From assembly GCA_044892525.1 (NCBI GenBank), contig CM097885.1, positions 6,202,001 through 6,266,000 on the forward strand: a DNA stretch of 64,000 bases. The letters run 5' to 3'. This DNA comes from Schmidtea polychroa. Lineage: Eukaryota. Below, piece after piece: positions 58,400 through 64,000 of the stretch. Position 1 is the stretch's first letter; every line of letters starts with the position of its first letter. The translations under genes were made by a program, and so were the position numbers. Below the pieces are notes generated by a model. The model saw only the letters and a program-made list of their open reading frames with translations. It ran no database searches and was not told the origin of the DNA.

Positions 58400-60612
58400 A
58401 TTCTTATTCCTTACGTTCGATATATAACACGGTAATGGGGCAATTCTACAGTTTCCATGCAGACTGTTACTTCATGAAGAAGCGCACCTCCTTAAATTTT
58501 CCTCTGATCCCCGAGGATGTACATCGCAGGATGTTGAAGGATTTTATCCAAACCCATTCTCGGCTTTAAGAATTATTGAAAAGAGACCTTGAAGACTATA
58601 AATCAGTAATATATCGATGTTTGTTGGTACTCACGAATTTTCGGCACTGCCTTTTCAAGTGAATTTTAAGAATTATCTTTTCTCTTTTGTTGAATCGAAA
58701 TCTTGTCTCTTATGCATACATGGTAACCATAAATTGGAGTAAATTGCACCACTACTTTCATTCTTTTGTGGTTTCTCACTACATCGATTGCTAAATCTTT
58801 AAATTTAAACGAAGCTATTATTTGAACTATCTTAAAAAATGAAAGCAAAATTAGGAAAAATGTTGCATTTGGTTGTTCGCAAGGTGGTGGTTTGAAAATT
58901 TTAAAAAATGATTTTCTTTGCGCAATGTCAAATTTCAAGGAGAACAAGATTCAGCATATGTAGAGGCTGCCCAAAGGTTTATGCTGGAAATACCACGAAT
59001 TATTGAAGAGGGAGAATGATCAGCATATCAAATTTTTAACGCCGATGAGACAGCTTTATATTGGAAGAGACTGCCGCCTAGGACATTTATTTCAAAAAAT
59101 GAGAAGCAAGGACCAGGTTATAAGCTTTGTAAAGATCGTGTTACCCTTCACACATGTAGTAATTTATCGGGAAATTTTGTAGTAAAACCAATGATAATAA
59201 ATCGTTCCTTGAATCCCAGAGCATTGAAAAATGTGGATAAGGCTCATCTACCACTTCTCTGGCGAGCAAATAAAAAAGCTGGATGACGCAAAATTTGTTT
59301 GAAGACTTGTTTAAAAATTGTTTTATTTTAGAAGTAGAAAAGGTTTTGAAGAAAAATAATTTGAAATAATATGTTCTTTTGCTCATAGCCATAGTAGAGA
59401 GTTGAATCATCCTAACGTAAAAATTGTGTATTTCCTCCAAATTGTACATCATTGATCCAACCAATAGATCAAGGAATCATTGCAACAATCAAAGCATACT
59501 ACATACGACTAACATTCCAAAAGATTTTCGAAAGACTGCAAAACGATAAAAATGTAACGCTTATTCAAGCTTGGAAAGAGTTTTCTATTTTAGATTGTTT
59601 CGAAATTATAGCTTGCAAAGAATTGAAACAGTCTACACATCATCCGTGTTGGAAACCTTTGTTACCCCAAATGGTCCAGAGAGGAGACTTTGTCCCATTT
59701 GAGACAGCAAAATTTGACAAAATAATATCTGTTGCTTCTAATTTTGAAGGGGACAGATTTTCAGATATGAACGTTGATGATGTTCGAGAACTATTTGAAG
59801 AACAAACTTTGAATGAGGGAGAACTAATTAAACTACTAGACACCTGCGAAGACATTTGTAATATTACAACGGTTCCTGATTTAAATTTAATTTATCTGCA
59901 ATTAATCTTCGTTGTTAAAGATCCTTCAGTAGGTCAAAGCGGAGAATTTAAAAGAGAATTACAAAGTTCTTTAACTGTTTATAGAGAAATTCTGAAAGAA
60001 TTGCAAGACCGAAATAGTCAGATAATTTCAACTACGTCAGTTAACATTTATAATAATGGAGAGAAAACTAGTGATTAGTTTAATTTTTGATGAGAGTGAT
60101 GATGAAGATTAATTTTGTGATCGTCATAAGCTGTTTCTTTTTGTTTCATAGTAAATTAAACAATAAAGTGATAATTTAAGCCTTTTGCTGCGAATAATGT
60201 ATTTAATGAAAAAATTTCGACTATAAGATAGTCCTTGTCAATCTCCAGGAATTTAGCAATCTTCTTCTCGAACATACATCTCGATCTTTCTTTCATTTCC
60301 TTTTTCTTACTTCTCATTGGTTAAAAATATTTTAAAATATTTAAATAAATAATGACTTTCTTTTTCTGAATTTTAAAAAAATTTTATTTAAAATTATATT
60401 TGTTTTATAATAATTAAAAGCTTGAAGTTAACTTATTTATTCATTTATGTAGTATTTGTAATGAAATTTCAGCTATCATAAAATTTTACACCTTAAGCCT
60501 TGATTTCGATATAACACATTGCCTTTATATTATTTATATTATTTCAAGGTTTCGTATAACACGGTTTCGATATAGCACGGGACGAATTAACTGTGGTATA
60601 CGAGGGATGCCT
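58400..60612 (+). mobile_element. Decayed Tigger/pogo (TIGD-like) transposon
   Basis: QIFNADETALYWKRLPPRTFISKNEK...KDRVTL and LIQPIDQGIIATIK; subterminal TATAACACGG repeats at both ends; interrupted by Penelope-derived repeats. Confidence 0.85.
58631..58662 (-). ncRNA. Minimal hammerhead-ribozyme-like motif, U3:A8 variant (UUGAAAA core); best copy of a dispersed repeat family
   Basis: UCAC-UUGAAAA-GGC(AGU)GCC-GAAA-AUUC-GUGA. Related copies near 20692, 25617, 31825, 37753, 49222, 50044(-), 50232(-), 51486, 53285(-), 53309 and 61992. Confidence 0.6.
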
Positions 60613-60875
60613 CCAATATTCTACTAGCCAATCATATTGGAAGCAGTGTGTGCTCATTGATTATTAGTGCTCAATTAATTTCTTATTAATTCTTATTAAC
60701 TATTAATTAATTAATTAAATTATTATATAAAATATTTTATTATGATAATCAATATTATAACAAAAGCAAATGTTTTGAAGCTCATTCAGTAAAATATTAT
60801 GAATATAATTTTACTTTTTTGTTTAAATTAGGTGACTTGTTAGATAATTCTTATTTTTTGTTTAAATTGTTCCAT

Positions 60876-61781
60876 TTATGATATAACACAATCCAATTTT
60901 ATCGGTTCCTTTATTCGACCAGATTTTGAATTGTCTTTAAGAAGTTTTGCAATGCTTGGCCGACTGTTTCGTTTCAATTTGGGATTTGTTGGAGCAGGTG
61001 AAGTTGGAATCGGGAAATTCGGAGAATTCCCGCATGAAGAGGACGAGATTGACGACGAAGCTGTTGATGATTGTTTCACCAAATCAGGATTGATAGGTGT
61101 ATTAAAAAACGTTCGGAATTGTTGTGTTGGCGAGATCGCTAGTGCGGCGAATGCGCTCAATCGTCGAATGCTTGATCCCAATTTGTTTTTGTTGTCGAAA
61201 TCTTCACTTATTATTGGGAGTTGTTTTTCAAATTGAAAATAAAGATTTGAAAAAGCATCCCAAATTCCATCTTCGTCTTTGGCGGATGTTAAAAAGAATT
61301 GCTCTTTACTCAATTTGGATTCAAAGAGCCAGCGATCAATTTCGTCTTCATAAAGACATCTTTTGTTAAGCAAGTCCACCTTGTTTCCAAGAACTATTAA
61401 TGGGACAGAACTTGTGAAGAGAATTTGGGAAGAATTATTCGTTGATTTCGTTTCATTTATCAAGTTCAATATATCAGTAAGATAATACAACGACTCCTCA
61501 TCCGTGAGAGAGAATACGAACACAAATCCAACGGCTTTTTTAATTGACAATTTCCTCATAGCTGGGAAATTGTACAACCCCCCTGTGTCTATAAATTGCA
61601 AATCAAAGGCCCTGCCGTTGATCTCAAATTTACGATTATAAACATCCTCGATTGTTGTTCGGTATTCTTTGTCAAAAGTCTGGTTCAAAAACTGTTTAAT
61701 CAGGCATGATTTCCCGGTTTTGCCTCCACCAAAAATTACAATTGTTTTCAAGTGCTTATTTATCTCGCTTAGCTTTTCCAT
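60876..61781 (-). CDS. Ras-family small GTPase, RASD (Dexras/Rhes)-like
   Basis: G1 GGGKTGKS, effector YRTTIED, G3 DTGG followed by FPAMRKLSI (RASD/Di-Ras signature), G4 NKVD, G5 SAK, extended C-terminus and CAAX CVIS. The frame stays open upstream to an acceptor at about 61832, so an upstream exon is possible. Confidence 0.9.
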   Translation of the reverse strand: MEKLSEINKHLKTIVIFGGGKTGKSCLIKQFLNQTFDKEYRTTIEDVYNRKFEINGRAFDLQFIDTGGLYNFPAMRKLSIKKAVGFVFVFSLTDEESLYYLTDILNLINETKSTNNSSQILFTSSVPLIVLGNKVDLLNKRCLYEDEIDRWLFESKLSKEQFFLTSAKDEDGIWDAFSNLYFQFEKQLPIISEDFDNKNKLGSSIRRLSAFAALAISPTQQFRTFFNTPINPDLVKQSSTASSSISSSSCGNSPNFPIPTSPAPTNPKLKRNSRPSIAKLLKDNSKSGRIKEPIKLDCVIS

Positions 61782-62299
61782 CGACAGTTTGTTTGAAGGT
61801 TTCCTTTGATCTTCACTTCCGATCTCGAGATCTGAAATTGCAAATTTGAAACATCAAAGTCAAAACAATTTATATAAATTAGAGAATATAACTATTAAAC
61901 GAAACTGATAATTTTCGGTATGAGATTTAATTAATTTTCTCTGAAAGCGTAATTTGAATAATATTAATTAAATATTATATACGAATAAAAATCACTTAAA
62001 AAAGGACAGTGACGAAAATTCGTGAATATCAAAAAACGTCAATATATTTACTGATTCATTGTCAACTTTCTTATATATACAATGTCAATTGAAAAGAAAT
62101 CAGAGGTGAAAATCGAAAGAAGTTCTTATAATTAGATGTTTGTTGAAACTATCTAAATTCAAGGCCATCTTACGTTAAAGAACAGAAAGTCAAATTGAAT
62201 TTACATAGCATAAAATTTAAAAAATTAAACTAGTAAATTTATTATTTTTAAAAAAATTTAAACATTCAAAATTTAATTTAATAATTTAAAAAATTTTAT

Positions 62300-62580
62300 T
62301 AATTATTTAATTTAACACAACAATCAATACATACAATATACAAGAAAAAAATTATTTAAAACATTTAAAACACAAGTATTCACTGCATTCTGCATATTAA
62401 TTTTTGGATTCAATGACTTTATCAACAACGCCTCACAAATCACACGTTCCCAATAATTATCGAAATTTTTTAATAAAATTTTAAAATCAGACATACCCAT
62501 TTTAATCTTACAGCCCTTATTGTGCTCACTAATATGGGTCAAAGCCTTCGGTCTACAATGTTCTCGAGCTCGAATACAAA
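62300..62580 (-). mobile_element. Penelope GIY-YIG C-terminal fragment
   Basis: HISEHNKGCKIKMGMSDFKILL...ERVICEALLIKSLNPKIN; same family as 23281-23828. Confidence 0.75.
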
Positions 62581-64000
62581 TTTAAGAGCATGGGAAATTT
62601 AGTTTTGTTGACAATGACAAACTCCAAAAAATATATAAAATTTATTGATACTAAATTTCATACAACAAACTATTGCATTTGATCTGACAAGTAATTTTAT
62701 GCATATTAAAAGTATTTTTTGTCTTGGGAAATAATTTTCAATTTTGGCGTTTAGGATCCTTCTTGATTTGTTTCTCGTCTACCAGATTAAACTTGCGTCT
62801 TAAATCATTATTAGCATCAATTTTAATTTAATATTTAAATTTCAAAACCTATGATTATTTACCGGAAATTGCTTTTCAACAATGTGAGGACAAAAGCGGC
62901 GAACATTTGACTGATGTTATTTTTAAAAGAAAATGAAATAAAATGACATCATATGTACAGTTAATTAATAAAAATATTTTTTATTTATTTATTTTAATTT
63001 GGTTTAATTTAAATTTCAAATGTGTCAGATCATTTTGTCCCACCCTGTATATATAAATTTTGTGTTTTATATATGTAAAAATGTTATATTAACCCATTAA
63101 CTTTTACTGTACTCACATGATACACTTGTTAAAGGCATGATTTCATGACTATGGGATTTCCTCCATATTTGTTATTATAAATGTTATAATTTACCCAATA
63201 TGTCATAATAAATAACGATTAAAAGTAATTTATACGTGTAGTTTTCTTTTGGGCGTTAATTGGTTAATAAATTTCCAGTTACAACAGAGCTTCCGTTAGA
63301 AAAATGCACTGGGGGTAATTGGGTTGATTGTATGTACTTTTTTGTGTCTGTGTGCTTGCGTGTATGTATATATATATGTGTGTGTGTTAGACATTTACAT
63401 CTACTACTTACAATATATAAAAAGCGAATTGGAAAGTATTAACAATTTCTATAAACAAAACGAATGGAAAAATGAAAATTGTTAATTTTTAACGGGAAAA
63501 AAATGTTGAATTTACAAATTATTCCAGTTCTTTCCAAATACGAATTTTTTTCAGGTTTATTACTATAACGAAAATAATATACAATAAGGAGGGGGTATAT
63601 CAAATAATAATAACATAAAAGTTTTTGTATTCATCTTTTATTAGGTTCTGATCTAAACAATTTTCCATAATAAAGATAATCTGGGAGTCAATTAGCACTT
63701 TTAATTAATTTTATTTATTACAAATTTTATTTATTTTCATTATCAAATCATTCCATTCACCTTTTACAATGAGAATTTTATTTTGAATTTTTTTTCTTTT
63801 TTAAAAATTTTTATAAGCTCCAATAAATTCTTATAAATTTTTAAAATTTCTTTTTAATTTTGTTATTTATTATTAATTTTTAATTTATTTTATTTTTATC
63901 TCTATTTAAATTTTTAGTTTTTTTTAAAGGTTTTATATTTATTTAATATAATAATAATATTATTATTATTAATGCTATTTAGCATACTATTTTATAATAT

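Noticed and set aside
60931..61369. Plus-strand ORFs over the GTPase
   Set aside because: Antisense shadow frames.

Overview
Very AT-rich eukaryotic (animal) genomic DNA with long (AAT)n/(AT)n microsatellites and many 33-51 nt GT-AG introns. This style suggests a freshwater planarian, which is inference only. Bases 1-11794 are the right part of a Polinton/Maverick (adintovirus-like) element ending in the canonical ...ACTACT terminus. It carries a probable pPolB N-terminus running off the left edge, an adenain-type protease, major and minor capsid proteins, two core-like proteins, an rve integrase and a packaging ATPase. Unusually, it also has a divergently transcribed TATA-binding-protein (TBP) homologue, a possible SSB, and a spliced acidic protein with SUMO-interaction-like motifs. 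Its non-coding DNA holds palindromic arrays and nuclear-receptor/AP-1-like motif arrays. Several frameshifts suggest a decaying copy or assembly errors. The rest of the window is host DNA: an 8-exon minus-strand gene (13631-51242) for a signal peptide-CUB-LDLa-TM protein of about 544 aa, and a RASD/Rhes-like small GTPase (60876-61781). Introns and intergenic DNA contain decayed transposons (Ty3/gypsy gag relics, Penelope fragments, hAT, Tc1, mariner, Tigger, MITEs) and about 20 minimal hammerhead-ribozyme-like motifs, most with a compensatory U3:A8 core. All calls come from manual reading and motif recognition; no database searches were run.
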